Part shown: piece by piece, positions 28,501 through 36,468 of the stretch | Layout: every line of letters begins with the position of its first letter | Numbering within the stretch: position 1 is the stretch's first letter | IMG/VR virus record: IMGVR_UViG_3300029715_000189 | DNA: 64,000 nucleotides | Reading direction: 5' to 3' (one strand) | Origin: a virus | Lineage: Duplodnaviria; Heunggongvirae; Uroviricota; Caudoviricetes | Notes under the pieces: generated by a model | Told to the model about the DNA's origin: nothing | The model's database searches: none | What the model saw: only the letters and a program-made list of their open reading frames with translations | Position numbers and translations under genes: made by a program

Positions 28501-29006
28501 AAGACAATATGGATGAGGTAGAAAAAACTAATCTCAAACGCCTCAGTGTCTATGCCGGCACGTTCCTTATCATGCAGGCCGTATCTATGCTTCTTGCCGG
28601 ATGGCGTGATGATGATGAAAACGAAGAAAGTTGGCTTACTCAATTTGGATCCTATGTCGGATTCAGAACCATAAACGAAACAGCTTCACAGATGCCGTTT
28701 ATTATGGAGCTTAACGTGGTAGATATCATTAACGATCCGTTTGTTATGGGGCGAAAACTGAAGGATCTTACCGATCTCAGGAATTATTCACTTGATAAAG
28801 TAACATCCGGTACATACAAGGGAGAGTCTAAGTTATTTAGGCAATTCGCCAAACAGACGTTTATCAAACAATGGTATAACATCAAGACGCCGGAAGACAT
28901 AGCGCGCGCCTATAATTGGTGGCAGCAGACAAACAACAAGTCAATGATGTTCTTCATCGGCGCCACTCCTGATTCGGAAGAGGACGATGATGTTAGCTAC
29001 AAATAG
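22584..29006 (+). CDS. Giant protein of 2140 aa. Putative ejected or internal virion (cargo) protein. An RNA polymerase role was not established.
   Basis: A 6.4 kb ORF with no internal stops. The C-terminal third carries hydrophobic helices. No recognisable catalytic motif. Confidence 0.85.
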   Translation: MTSTCIIKRDNKKKVVSVSTRSGDRSMLFDKIASVPLMENRERATTVFKTVFSNKFLKAFGDWRKRVPINKQAYNKVKYNIDLIPEAYRERVLDKASKMSNPILVSKSDAPYGIQESGFGFYSQDLGDNIMLVDAMVPSSISVPEGPGIDAGQYLQDAISSDFTPVSMVQDEGVNYMVIKDGLKIFSPEELPQTDSNPVGVTYQTGEPRLFFMNDRNQLFEDYGEALRSGGNDIRIGFLSGTVQESTVDGVADITYKAGKYVLNNPKSFIPVMTASASTSLSTKGGIINYLIKKGLLSGSKIFDPETRSYYLTGEGHTGQIRLFNSALAYTELRNHFGSDVSMNDQGMITISSLDNSKVTMRLATGGTERVSREQIKNDLKSGRYNELDAKYDHFDALVVSFILEDNDLYADTKAKIVSDYSRQERDQRNSIVEILKTLGVSVIGMTDYIEKYQTKYGHEPSAKALADIANNVIAVGEDATLSDLVEETAHFLVEAYRDQNAVEAVLQDVEGTEEWNQYAGQYYNTYGKVYEGAELDNAVRREILGKILAREMQTGTAQAPVEPTSFLGRVRQLLSGIVSWLKSALSTQRQDLNNVIKNIRDLAITDIDKGFDTSLLKDNDFTLYSLSSMNKNKFLESKIRSLRKTLRDLRQISSDRAVTTSMTLAQLKTIEDKINKVETEIDKNEMAAAMNSMISTAEAQVRYLSNVVNTILHGDTKDGKLHFNTNDRKNVDIINNQVLPIMNDLRGYIRNRSTEFDEREKQDYTNRINTVIADINGIQSDIKSVQDLDESTLLDKLMNELHVPADKVKRVKEFFDKAQHDVSWISRWFGILEHSSSPFNNALGAMIAKDNYNAMVNAQPAISDFLAYAKKHGFNKSEFEKLLQKVDGKTSNYLRSALDMAKYDRNKKLAQMRAFATAMNIEISEEEIGDVVDNNRNYVFKREVVDKDGNTVTENAKFKPSSDRVNTDIFTIEQEKIYTEQMEKWDAENSELEFSESYATRMESIYKKAEEELGYPVSQTTKEYLNALSRQKRILRQPFIDSGGNFDEVAYLKSSNYEEEGLLRKQRKEAASEYIYVGTRRVEKTGDQLKMAKEIQAINEVWRKESNNVTNAVSESFLQKLRTIQSESGGEAALKTLMLGGHLSFNDRFWNEVESEQSARTGSNNKASYLKMAHDIISSTTSDRDATDVDSIVKDIEKNKAIIKEIIGNNRDVADIGEINEATFTSSERDAFRAASEAIEADYAILIDYVKMVGLEDIDKYLTKSSKAENEVNQSYLNALADSKEVEWKFVQRHTTAKKAKRIQALRDKLFKAADNRYLFTVSETNYLSEKLGISKELDGRDFRNAVNAKMASLFLNNTREEGIEEANAIVNEFARSQVFSYYKRMAPTGYAAMIDKIGRGEIDVAQMVKDVQNGTSTQDYGMDISYLSFDPARAWVAESEAENSGRNPDYVKDHGYGHRMPKKSLYRDESYFNDFGIKYDADGNEVATKNVEQWNMIQKLKEIKRQSLDLYEEQSPNLYAIPQISKQDIERVEGLGINFKNTVRNFVSDLCLDRVDDSLYGKTRQGEVYDPEDRLRSIPKYYIYELENQDDVSHDFGYSYSMLMMQSSLYNEKQKSIELAQGLEQMLLNKQFEGGKKAEATQAYQMFRDFFNDHYYGIRMNTKKLTVNIGGYTVDLTRIMMAVERFMSVMNLALSPFVAVTGALTGHINLIMESAVGQYISKDSLKYASAEFSRLAPSCIAETGDIDRKSKLYVIGERMGIFNIRNRMYGAGYNRAARTLMRSPMYAFMEILNYPLDPQVMIATMDNVRYYKGRFYTFQDFKMEKERNKEQSTIKREWNALKDRTLWSMVDVVDGKVVVKPGSGVTVEEVETQMAITRNQVRSLSQICNGSLNEENRTAASRNWIARFMTAHRGWLVLAAQRLWKRRGFNFQTMQEEEGLLITLKNMIAKTFSLASESGMKNIIDAWNENKDNMDEVEKTNLKRLSVYAGTFLIMQAVSMLLAGWRDDDENEESWLTQFGSYVGFRTINETASQMPFIMELNVVDIINDPFVMGRKLKDLTDLRNYSLDKVTSGTYKGESKLFRQFAKQTFIKQWYNIKTPEDIARAYNWWQQTNNKSMMFFIGATPDSEEDDDVSYK

Positions 29007-29142
29007 ACGAAGAATATCGGACTTGCATTGTTTTTGTATGATTCCAATATGTTATATTAGCATCGTCAAAGAGTAGATTGTACGTTTTTTGTTCTTACTT
29101 GAAAGATTATGTAGGTTTAATTTTTTCTGAAATTGTTTTCTT

Positions 29143-29185
29143 ACCGGTTCTCAGTCAGAGATGATAGGGAACCGGTTTCTTTTAT
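29143..29185 (+). terminator. Hairpin ACCGGTTC...GAACCGGT with an 8 bp stem, followed by TTCTTTTAT. Putative terminator or attenuator upstream of gene A.
   Basis: Read directly. It lies 137 nt after the giant-gene stop. Confidence 0.45.
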
Positions 29186-29219
29186 GTTGTCAATTATTGC
29201 TATCTTGCAAACAAAAATC

Positions 29220-29840
29220 ATGAGACGAAGATTTCAAATAGGGATGGGGGGGGTAAATCCCTCGCTTATAATCAATAAAGGCATATATATCCAACATGTA
29301 GACGGAGGATTATATACGAAAGAAAATTGGTCTAATAAAGGATATTCCAATAATCTATGCAATGGAATAGCTCTTGTAGATAAAGTGTGTTTTGTTATAG
29401 CCACCGAATATATTGGCACATTTCGTTGGGGTAAGGATGGAGAAATAGACAATATATTTGCACAAGATAGTTCTAATATGGGAACCATTAAAAAGGATTA
29501 TTGGGGGCGTGAAAATCAGAATGCGTATCTTGAATATGATACCAGTAATACAGATTACGCTTTTAATAAAGCTAATAGCTATTTATTTAAAAATGGTCAA
29601 AATGGATATGTAGGTGGCGCCGGAGAGTTTTTTTTGATATCATTGTATGCGAATGAAATAAACGAATGCCTTTTAATGGTAGGAGGTACGATAATGAGTA
29701 ATAGAATGTGGACATCCACTCGAAATACAAAATTTTCCTATTCGTGGTATTATGATATAAACATCCAAGGAGATCATTTGGATACAGGTTCAAGGAGTAG
29801 TTCACATTATGTCCGTCCTTTTACTGAATTAATTTTATGA
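29220..29840 (+). CDS. MRRRF-family protein A (about 206 aa from ATG 29220). A G8 tract forms codons 10-12 (ATG GGG GGG GTA), and the gene is in frame in this assembly.
   Basis: The frame is continuous with track ORF 29133..29840. Its N-terminus MRRRFQIGMGGV is shared with gene B and the 12807 gene. Confidence 0.7.
   Translation: MRRRFQIGMGGVNPSLIINKGIYIQHVDGGLYTKENWSNKGYSNNLCNGIALVDKVCFVIATEYIGTFRWGKDGEIDNIFAQDSSNMGTIKKDYWGRENQNAYLEYDTSNTDYAFNKANSYLFKNGQNGYVGGAGEFFLISLYANEINECLLMVGGTIMSNRMWTSTRNTKFSYSWYYDINIQGDHLDTGSRSSSHYVRPFTELIL
29246..29253 (+). repeat. Homopolymeric G8 tract inside the 5' coding region of gene A.
   Basis: Counted directly: gggatGGGGGGGGtaaat. Confidence 0.9.
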
Positions 29841-29844
29841 AATT

Positions 29845-30581
29845 ATGAGAAGAAGATTTGAAAATAATGCTAAACTATATGAGTATAAGATAGTTAGCGA
29901 TTGTATAGGGGGGGGGTAATCGTAGAAGGAAAGAAAGTAGGCACCATTCCACAGGGTGGGCAATTTATCTTTCTGTCTAAAAAAGAACGGCTGGATTCCA
30001 TAAGTGTCCAAGGCGGTGTTCCAATGGAAGATAGGCAAGAGATCGATAGTCAGGTTGATACGACAGAGGAATTGCTTGAACAGGATTCGGTGGTTCTTGC
30101 TATTGCTTTAACAACCTCTCCTTATTATGGATTTGGAGTAAGTGTGATAGTACCTGATGAGTTTACGCTAAGAACAACCAATAGGATTAATAGAACCTTT
30201 TTAATAACAAGCTTTACCCCACCTGCTGCTATATACGGTGTAAACTTTGGTGATCCTATTGTCCTTAATTATGATAGTTACCAATATGAGATGCCAGATC
30301 TTGTAATTGATGGACCTCATGATAGAATAGTTAGGGCAGATCCTGATCTTACTTGGGCTGTAAGATGTACAGACGCCGACTTTACACCTTTGCCATATCC
30401 AGAATCATGGTCTGGCCAAGGTTTAAATTCTATGTTCTTATCAGAAATGAAACGTCTTGCTCCTGGTGATCATCATGTATCATATACAGCTTATATTAAT
30501 TTGGACTTGATAGATGATGACGGAAGTAAAGTTCATACTGAATACCTGATATTAGAAAAAACACTTAATTTTACGATATGA
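29845..30581 (+). CDS. MRRRF-family protein B. The ATG 29845 frame (MRRRFENNAKLYEYKIVSDCIGGG) stops right after the G9 tract. The long ORF (226 aa, TTG 29901..30581) lies two nucleotides later in a different frame. Inserting one extra G would fuse the two.
   Basis: Codon-by-codon reading: with 9 G the upstream frame reads GGG GGG GGG TAA. With 10 G it continues GTA ATC GTA GAA into the long ORF. Confidence 0.6.
29908..29916 (+). repeat. Homopolymeric G9 tract at the junction of the MRRRF leader and the long ORF of gene B.
   Basis: Counted directly: tgtataGGGGGGGGGtaatc. Confidence 0.9.
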
Positions 30582-30584
30582 CAA

Positions 30585-30623
30585 CAGTCCCCAACCGTAC
30601 GCCTATTGTATGGTTGGGGACTG
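30585..30623. terminator. Strong hairpin with a 12 bp perfect stem (CAGTCCCCAACC...GGTTGGGGACTG) between the convergent plus and minus gene blocks. Putative bidirectional terminator.
   Basis: Read directly. The U-tracts are weak, but the stem is very stable. Confidence 0.5.
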
Positions 30624-30670
30624 TTGTGGTTACCATCTTTTCTTGTATAAGCAGAACATGAAATAAGTTT

Positions 30671-31159
30671 CTAAGCATTAACTTCATGACCTCCCCTATC
30701 TGTGAAAACTAAACCAATACCTTCTATAATATATCCTACTACAGGAGCTTTGTCAAATTCCTCCTTCGTGGCCCAAGTGGCATTATCAGGCATCAGATCC
30801 TTAAATGCATCCGAAACATCACCTTGGCACCAGCAGTTATTTGATACAACAATGCCTTTCCCTTCGATATTGATATACATTTTTCTTCCACCGCATCCAA
30901 GGCAGTTCCATCCGTTTGGTACGTTTTTCACCATAGGCTTAAGCACCCAGCTTACACCGTCTATCCTAACCCATCCAGGATCGTCTTTGTGCTTGTCGTA
31001 CAAGTTTTGCCAAAAAGAGCATTCGTAGCACCATCCCATGTCTTCCATGACAGTTCTTATCTCACACCTTTCAAATCCATCTGCATCCATCGTGTGCGGA
31101 GAATGAGGCTGGTGAGGGGTGCCACATTTTGGACACACGAGTTTTAAATTCTTTTCCAT
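30671..31159 (-). CDS. Cys-rich (zinc-binding-like) protein of 162 aa.
   Basis: CPKCG...CYEC...CLGCGG...CWC motifs. It is the last gene of the minus-strand block. Confidence 0.65.
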   Translation of the reverse strand: MEKNLKLVCPKCGTPHQPHSPHTMDADGFERCEIRTVMEDMGWCYECSFWQNLYDKHKDDPGWVRIDGVSWVLKPMVKNVPNGWNCLGCGGRKMYINIEGKGIVVSNNCWCQGDVSDAFKDLMPDNATWATKEEFDKAPVVGYIIEGIGLVFTDRGGHEVNA

Positions 31160-31160
31160 A

Positions 31161-31394
31161 TTATTTAATTTTTACGATCTTAATAGAATCTCCGATATTG
31201 TATTCCCCTTGGTGTCCAACGAATTTTATGATTCTATTATGTTTAAATATTGAATTTCTTTCGTCTTCAGCATAATACATCACACGTCCACCCTGTAAAG
31301 GACGTAGATCATATATAACCCATCCGTCATTAACCTGATGATTATTTGAACATGATGATAATACTAATGTCATCAATAAAATAAAATACTTCAT
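31161..31394 (-). CDS. Small putative lipoprotein of 77 aa (N-terminus MKYFILLMTLVLSSC).
   Basis: A signal peptide with a lipobox-like LSSC. Confidence 0.55.
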   Translation of the reverse strand: MKYFILLMTLVLSSCSNNHQVNDGWVIYDLRPLQGGRVMYYAEDERNSIFKHNRIIKFVGHQGEYNIGDSIKIVKIK

Positions 31395-31401
31395 ATTATT
31401 T

Positions 31402-31593
31402 TCAGCATAAAAATTTGTAACCTGGTTTTACAGCTTCCGCTTCTTCTCCCGTATCAAACATTAAGGTAGTGACAGCTCCTATTCCTTCACAAACGTAAGA
31501 CACTTTCACCCACCACCTAAAAACCCCAGAGCCATAATCGTCATAGTACGGCTCAGAAAGAATCTCCTCTACATACCCATCCAAATAATTCAC
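31402..31593 (-). CDS. Hypothetical protein of 63 aa.
   Basis: ORF in the tightly packed co-directional block. Confidence 0.45.
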   Translation of the reverse strand: MNYLDGYVEEILSEPYYDDYGSGVFRWWVKVSYVCEGIGAVTTLMFDTGEEAEAVKPGYKFLC

Positions 31594-31886
31594 GATTGCT
31601 CCTCCTTATTTTTAGATTCTGCCTCTTTGAGTATGTTGATCACCTTATCAACAATATCCGAATCAGACATTTTCTCAATAAAAATATCCATTGCCTTAGT
31701 TATGTCATTGGCTTCTTTTTCTTCAAGAGCTATTTCTCCACCGGTAATAGCATCAGATAATGATGTAGATAAGTGTCTTATCTTATCAATGCTCATAAAC
31801 GTAAATGGATTACCACCCCAGCCTCCACCCATTTCTTTCATGATCTGATATCCACCTGAAATAAGTCTGCCTGATGTCGTGGCCAA
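31590..31886 (-). CDS. Hypothetical protein of 98 aa.
   Basis: ORF with a 4-nt start/stop overlap to its neighbour. Confidence 0.5.
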   Translation of the reverse strand: MATTSGRLISGGYQIMKEMGGGWGGNPFTFMSIDKIRHLSTSLSDAITGGEIALEEKEANDITKAMDIFIEKMSDSDIVDKVINILKEAESKNKEEQS

Positions 31887-31957
31887 AAAGGATACGATTA
31901 GGGACGGTACCGCAGTCGGATTTTTTAATGTAAAATCTTGCTCTAATCATATCGTTA

Positions 31958-32269
31958 TTAATCTAATAATTTTTCTATTTTAATTGATTTTGATGATAGA
32001 TACATATTCCACGTTCCTCTGCCTCTATCACCTTTTTCGTTTTGTTTTTGGATTGTCAAGTACAGATCTCCGTCTTCACATACTTCAACTTTTTTCAAGA
32101 AGCCTATCATTTCATCTCCTGCTTCGTGTAAAATACGGATCTTATCTCCTTCTTTTAACCCATAATTGGAATCAAAATATTCTTTTTTGATTCTATCAAT
32201 ATTGTCTTTATGGTTTTTTATAGCATAAAGCTCTTTTCTTAATAAATAATTTAGTTGTTCTATTGTCAT
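31958..32269 (-). CDS. Hypothetical protein of 103 aa.
   Basis: ORF coupled to the next gene by an ATGA overlap. Confidence 0.5.
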   Translation of the reverse strand: MTIEQLNYLLRKELYAIKNHKDNIDRIKKEYFDSNYGLKEGDKIRILHEAGDEMIGFLKKVEVCEDGDLYLTIQKQNEKGDRGRGTWNMYLSSKSIKIEKLLD

Positions 32270-32823
32270 TTCTTTTCCTCCTTATTTAATGGTATCAACC
32301 CTTTTCCATGCTTGTCATACCACAGCATAGCTATGCAGTTCCATGCACATTGTGCAAGATGAAAACATCCTGTATCGGAATCCACTCTTTCCCCTTTCAT
32401 GTATTCCATCAGGTGTCGAAACATCGCAGCACGGTACCGTTCAAATCCGTTGTCAAGGTTCTGCCAAGTATTAGGATCGTACTTTTTGGCTCCGGCATGA
32501 TAGACTTTTACAATGTCCTCAATCTCTTCCATTGGAAGCAAATCCCATCGTAGTTTATCATCAATGATGTCATTTTTCACCGATTTGTTTTCTATGGGGT
32601 CTTTGGTAAGAATAATATCCATAATATCCGTTTCTATGACGAACGTCTCCCCATTGCAACAAACCTCAGCATATTTATCATTTACTTCTATGTCTGATAC
32701 TGCCTCCGCTATAGCTCCTTTGACGATTTTAAATTCGGCACTGATTATATCATCTTTTAATATGCGAAAAATAGATCCTTTTGGATAAAGGATATTTTTA
32801 GTATTATCATCCATCTTTTCCAT
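32266..32823 (-). CDS. Protein with a dATP/dGTP diphosphohydrolase N-terminal-like domain (185 aa). Putative nucleotide-pool sanitising or modifying enzyme.
   Basis: HAGAKKYDPNTWQN...YRAAMFRHLMEYMKGERVDSDTGCFHLAQCAWNCIAMLWY resembles the G.KYG..NW...R.A..RH...D.SGL.HLAHA.WN.L.L pattern of that family. Recalled from memory and not searched. Confidence 0.45.
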   Translation of the reverse strand: MEKMDDNTKNILYPKGSIFRILKDDIISAEFKIVKGAIAEAVSDIEVNDKYAEVCCNGETFVIETDIMDIILTKDPIENKSVKNDIIDDKLRWDLLPMEEIEDIVKVYHAGAKKYDPNTWQNLDNGFERYRAAMFRHLMEYMKGERVDSDTGCFHLAQCAWNCIAMLWYDKHGKGLIPLNKEEKK

Positions 32824-32875
32824 TGCTTTATCGTTGTTTTACCTCATTTCGATAGTAATATAATCCATCTTCGTC

Positions 32876-33163
32876 TTATACCCTATCATTTCTGTTTTTC
32901 TCAAAATACTGTCTTACGGCTTCAATCGCCTTATCGTCATCAAAAGCCTCTACAAACCCCTCATAGAATCTATTTCGCTCCATAGAGAACGTATTGCTTC
33001 CATCCGGAATGGTTCTGAACACAACTACCTTCTCTCCATCTACGTTCGTTCCTATGATGTTGTTATGGAGAATAATAGAATACCGCCTAGAGTTTTTGTT
33101 CTGGACGACACTATGTTCGAGATTGTAGAGTCTAAGTAGTTCTCTTATTTCTTTTACTCCCAT
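32876..33163 (-). CDS. Hypothetical protein of 95 aa.
   Basis: ORF. Confidence 0.5.
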   Translation of the reverse strand: MGVKEIRELLRLYNLEHSVVQNKNSRRYSIILHNNIIGTNVDGEKVVVFRTIPDGSNTFSMERNRFYEGFVEAFDDDKAIEAVRQYFEKNRNDRV

Positions 33164-33164
33164 A

Positions 33165-33932
33165 TTATTTTACGTTTTTAGAAGTTACAGCCTCTTCTCC
33201 CCATTTCTTTACATATATAGATCTCATCATGTTCATTAAATTAGAGAAAGAAGAGATGGTTCCCATCTCTATGCAGAATGCAAGATTAGACTGTAGGGTT
33301 TCAAGTTCTTTCAACTGCTCCTGTGTAGCCCTATTTCTTATCATGCTTTCATACTCATTAAATACAATCCAATTTAAGCCTTTAGCCATCTTGGAGTAAT
33401 CGGCATCCGGAAATCTTGATATAGCTCTTGACAAGACATTGTATTTATCACCTGCCTCTATTCGGTTTAAGATAAGCTTATCTGTTAACCACGTAACAAC
33501 CTCAGCATACAACATAGGGTTTAGTTCCATAGCTACAAGCACCCATATATATGGATTACACATAGTTCTCCTATTCTCTCCTCTACCCATTGTCTTATAA
33601 GCTCCCATTTTTTTCATCACTTTTATAAGTGACTCTTTTTCAACAGATTGTATAAAACCAGGAAATCCTGATTCTATCTTATATCCTTGTTTTTCAAGGA
33701 TATAGTAAACACGTTCCGCACTCTCCTTATTAGATAGGATATTCTCTATTCTCTTTTCATTCCACCCCATCTCAACCCTCTTCTTCGTATAGGCTTCCTG
33801 AAGGTCTGTTAAGGACATAAACGAAGTTTTAGTGTCCTGCTTAATTATTACGCCAAATAATTCTCGGTCTTTTGATACCATTGTAACATTTGTTTTCATA
33901 AAATATAACACATAAAAAATAATACGATACAA
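33165..33932 (-). CDS. KilA-N-like (APSES-type DNA-binding) domain protein of 255 aa. Tentative.
   Basis: The N-terminus ELFGVIIKQDTKTSFMSLTDLQEAY...W resembles the KilA-N pattern. The C-terminus is unknown. Confidence 0.35.
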   Translation of the reverse strand: MYRIIFYVLYFMKTNVTMVSKDRELFGVIIKQDTKTSFMSLTDLQEAYTKKRVEMGWNEKRIENILSNKESAERVYYILEKQGYKIESGFPGFIQSVEKESLIKVMKKMGAYKTMGRGENRRTMCNPYIWVLVAMELNPMLYAEVVTWLTDKLILNRIEAGDKYNVLSRAISRFPDADYSKMAKGLNWIVFNEYESMIRNRATQEQLKELETLQSNLAFCIEMGTISSFSNLMNMMRSIYVKKWGEEAVTSKNVK

Positions 33933-33996
33933 AAATATGTATCGTATTATATCTATACAAATATATTGTGTTAAATTTTATGATTATATTTTTACG

Positions 33997-34359
33997 TTAT
34001 GCGCCTATGGCTGCCTCTAAATTCCCTATAATACCAGTTTCTATGTCATTGATTTTATCATCAATGGTTGAAACCGCATTCTCTAAATCCCCTACAATAC
34101 TTTCTATATCATCAACAACCGCCTCCATATTAGCTACAGCCTCATCTGATTGATAATATCTTTCTGTATCTTGTAACGACTCCGGCATATTATCTCTTGC
34201 TTCCGTCTCTTCGTCTAAAATCATATCAACATCATCCTTGGCTGAATCCAGATTATGCCTAACCTCTGACAGCTTTGATTTGATAAACTCAAGATCTGTT
34301 TTATGCTTTTCCAAATTGGAAATAATATCCTCTATTTTCTTACGTCTTTTGCTGTTCAT
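33997..34359 (-). CDS. Acidic coiled-coil protein of 120 aa.
   Basis: ORF that is Asp/Glu-rich. Confidence 0.5.
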   Translation of the reverse strand: MNSKRRKKIEDIISNLEKHKTDLEFIKSKLSEVRHNLDSAKDDVDMILDEETEARDNMPESLQDTERYYQSDEAVANMEAVVDDIESIVGDLENAVSTIDDKINDIETGIIGNLEAAIGA

Positions 34360-35777
34360 GCTTTTATTCTATTATAATATTCGATAATCTTTTCTTTCCT
34401 GTCTCCTGGTTTTACTGCCATATTCTCAGCCAAGAACCTAAAATACGACACTGGTATGTCCTTGAATCTAATTCCTTCATATTTTCCAAACCACATTATT
34501 ATGCTGTCAAGATCGTCTTCTCTCCTACCATCTCCATTCATAGATTTAAGCGAGGCTGCCCGACGAAGGATCTCGTCTTTGGTAATAATATCACCCATCC
34601 TTATATTAGACAGAAGTTGATCGCCGGCAAACATACACCAGCCCTTAGAAGGGAATTGCTCGATTGTCAGGTCTTCTATCCGACCAAAGCGTCTCATGTT
34701 GTCGCAGCAATCAACTATCAGCGCCTCTTTCTTGTTAGGATGGATGCGGACGGCGCGGCCTAATATTTGGTAATAAGTTGAATATGAGAAAGTTGGTCGA
34801 CCAAACATCACACAATCAAGTTCAGGAAAATCAAATCCGGTAGCAAGCGTTGAATAATTAAAAACCACCTTCAACTTACCTTCTTTGAAATCGGATATGA
34901 TTTGCTCTCTTTTCTTTTTGGTTGTTAGCGATGTTACGACACCGGTTATGGCTCCCATCCTGGCATTCATGAACTCTGATATTCTATTACATGATTCGAT
35001 AGAATCCATGCAAACCAAAATGGCTTTACGCTCGTTCATAAGTTGAAGAAGGCGCTTGTAGATAGAGTTGTTTAAGCCGTTTCGTACAATACTTTCTTTA
35101 ATAGATTCGTTGGTGTATTCGGCTCCGGTACTGTTTAGCATCAGAGCCGATTCATCAAACGACCATCGTTCGTACTTAAGTGGACACCAAAACCCTTGAG
35201 AAGTTAGTTCTTGTATTTGAGTCACATGAACTATTTTCTTGAAGAAGTTATGCTCGTCTTTCGTCAGCATATTGAGCTTGCTATAGTTCCCTTCCAGCAT
35301 GGAACTGTAGGTTCGGAGGCGGCAGGGAGTGGCGGTGAATCCCAGCACATTCGCCTCTGGAAACCCGTTCATAAACTCCATAAATTCAGAACCTTCCTCC
35401 GGGGAATACCCCGAGTGGCATTCGTCCACCAATAAGGTGTCTATCCCTATATCTTTCAACCTTGCTACGTCTTTCTTTATGCTTTTAAGTGTAGCATAAG
35501 TCATAGCCGACAGTTCCTTTATACCACATGAAGCAGAATATATAGTAGGTTTAGAACCGAATGATACAGCCTTTGCATAATTCTGCTCCAGAATCTCTTT
35601 TGAGGGCTGTAATATTAATGTCGGTCTATTTATTTCATGTGCTATCTTGGATATCAGAAGGCTCTTTCCACATCCGCATGGAGCTACGATTATGCCAGGC
35701 TTCTTAGATCTTCCTGTAAGAAACTTAAGCCCGGCATCTACTGCCTCTTTTTGGTAAGGTCTAAGTTCAAAGCCCAT
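34356..35777 (-). CDS. Superfamily-2 DNA helicase of the UvsW / RAD25 / type-III-res type, 473 aa.
   Basis: LRPYQ, Walker A APCGCGKS, DECH, and motif III FTATP. Confidence 0.8.
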   Translation of the reverse strand: MGFELRPYQKEAVDAGLKFLTGRSKKPGIIVAPCGCGKSLLISKIAHEINRPTLILQPSKEILEQNYAKAVSFGSKPTIYSASCGIKELSAMTYATLKSIKKDVARLKDIGIDTLLVDECHSGYSPEEGSEFMEFMNGFPEANVLGFTATPCRLRTYSSMLEGNYSKLNMLTKDEHNFFKKIVHVTQIQELTSQGFWCPLKYERWSFDESALMLNSTGAEYTNESIKESIVRNGLNNSIYKRLLQLMNERKAILVCMDSIESCNRISEFMNARMGAITGVVTSLTTKKKREQIISDFKEGKLKVVFNYSTLATGFDFPELDCVMFGRPTFSYSTYYQILGRAVRIHPNKKEALIVDCCDNMRRFGRIEDLTIEQFPSKGWCMFAGDQLLSNIRMGDIITKDEILRRAASLKSMNGDGRREDDLDSIIMWFGKYEGIRFKDIPVSYFRFLAENMAVKPGDRKEKIIEYYNRIKA

Positions 35778-36144
35778 CGCAATCTATTTTACTGTTTTTT
35801 GAAAGTTCTATTATCGCCTCTTTCAGCATTTCCCTTGCTTTATTCTCATTATCTTCGAGCAAGCATACACTGCACGATATGCCCATACGATCTCCATAAG
35901 CCTCGGCATTACCTAATGTGAATGCGCAGCAGTAATCATAATCCATGTTTTTTGCTACGGCAATAAACCGATTATCTTCTATCAGTACAGCATATTCAGC
36001 ATCAGTTTCACACATGATAATGGCTTTATCTTTTTTTATAGACAATACCTTGTTTCTGAAAAGTCCGTTATAAATCCATAGTTCCTTTCCTGCATTTTTA
36101 TAAAACGCAACCATATCTTCCTTGATTGTAACTTCTTTTTTCAT
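35767..36144 (-). CDS. Hypothetical protein of 125 aa.
   Basis: ORF. Confidence 0.55.
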   Translation of the reverse strand: MKKEVTIKEDMVAFYKNAGKELWIYNGLFRNKVLSIKKDKAIIMCETDAEYAVLIEDNRFIAVAKNMDYDYCCAFTLGNAEAYGDRMGISCSVCLLEDNENKAREMLKEAIIELSKNSKIDCDGL

Positions 36145-36147
36145 GAC

Positions 36148-36468
36148 TTACTTGTGTTTAACATCAGTAATTAAAACATATCTTTTAACAATATCTTCAA
36201 GCTCCATAGAAAATAATAAAGTTGGGCTTTTTCCGTACTCGTACAGAGCGAACCCTTCCTTTATGTCTAATATCTTAATCACATGCTTGCCTCTTTCAAA
36301 TGGATCCATGAAGTAGCCTTCGTATTCGTATCTTTGACCGACTTTTATTTTGTCGGTCTTCTTCTTCATCTTATACCGATCTATTGCCATGCTTATTTTT
36401 ATAAGAATCGTTACAAACAAGTATAATAATAAAAAGGCCGCTACTCCTGCTATCAATACTTCTTTCAT
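36148..36468 (-). CDS. Small membrane protein of 106 aa with an N-terminal transmembrane helix.
   Basis: The hydrophobic N-terminus is LIAGVAAFLLLYLFVTILI. Confidence 0.55.
   Translation of the reverse strand: MKEVLIAGVAAFLLLYLFVTILIKISMAIDRYKMKKKTDKIKVGQRYEYEGYFMDPFERGKHVIKILDIKEGFALYEYGKSPTLLFSMELEDIVKRYVLITDVKHK

Noticed and set aside
262-29006. Calling one of the giant proteins a crAss-like virion RNA polymerase.
   Set aside because: No DxDGD or NADFDGD-type catalytic motif was found on scanning. KYDADGNE in ORF 4 is a poor and probably coincidental match. Left as putative cargo or virion proteins.
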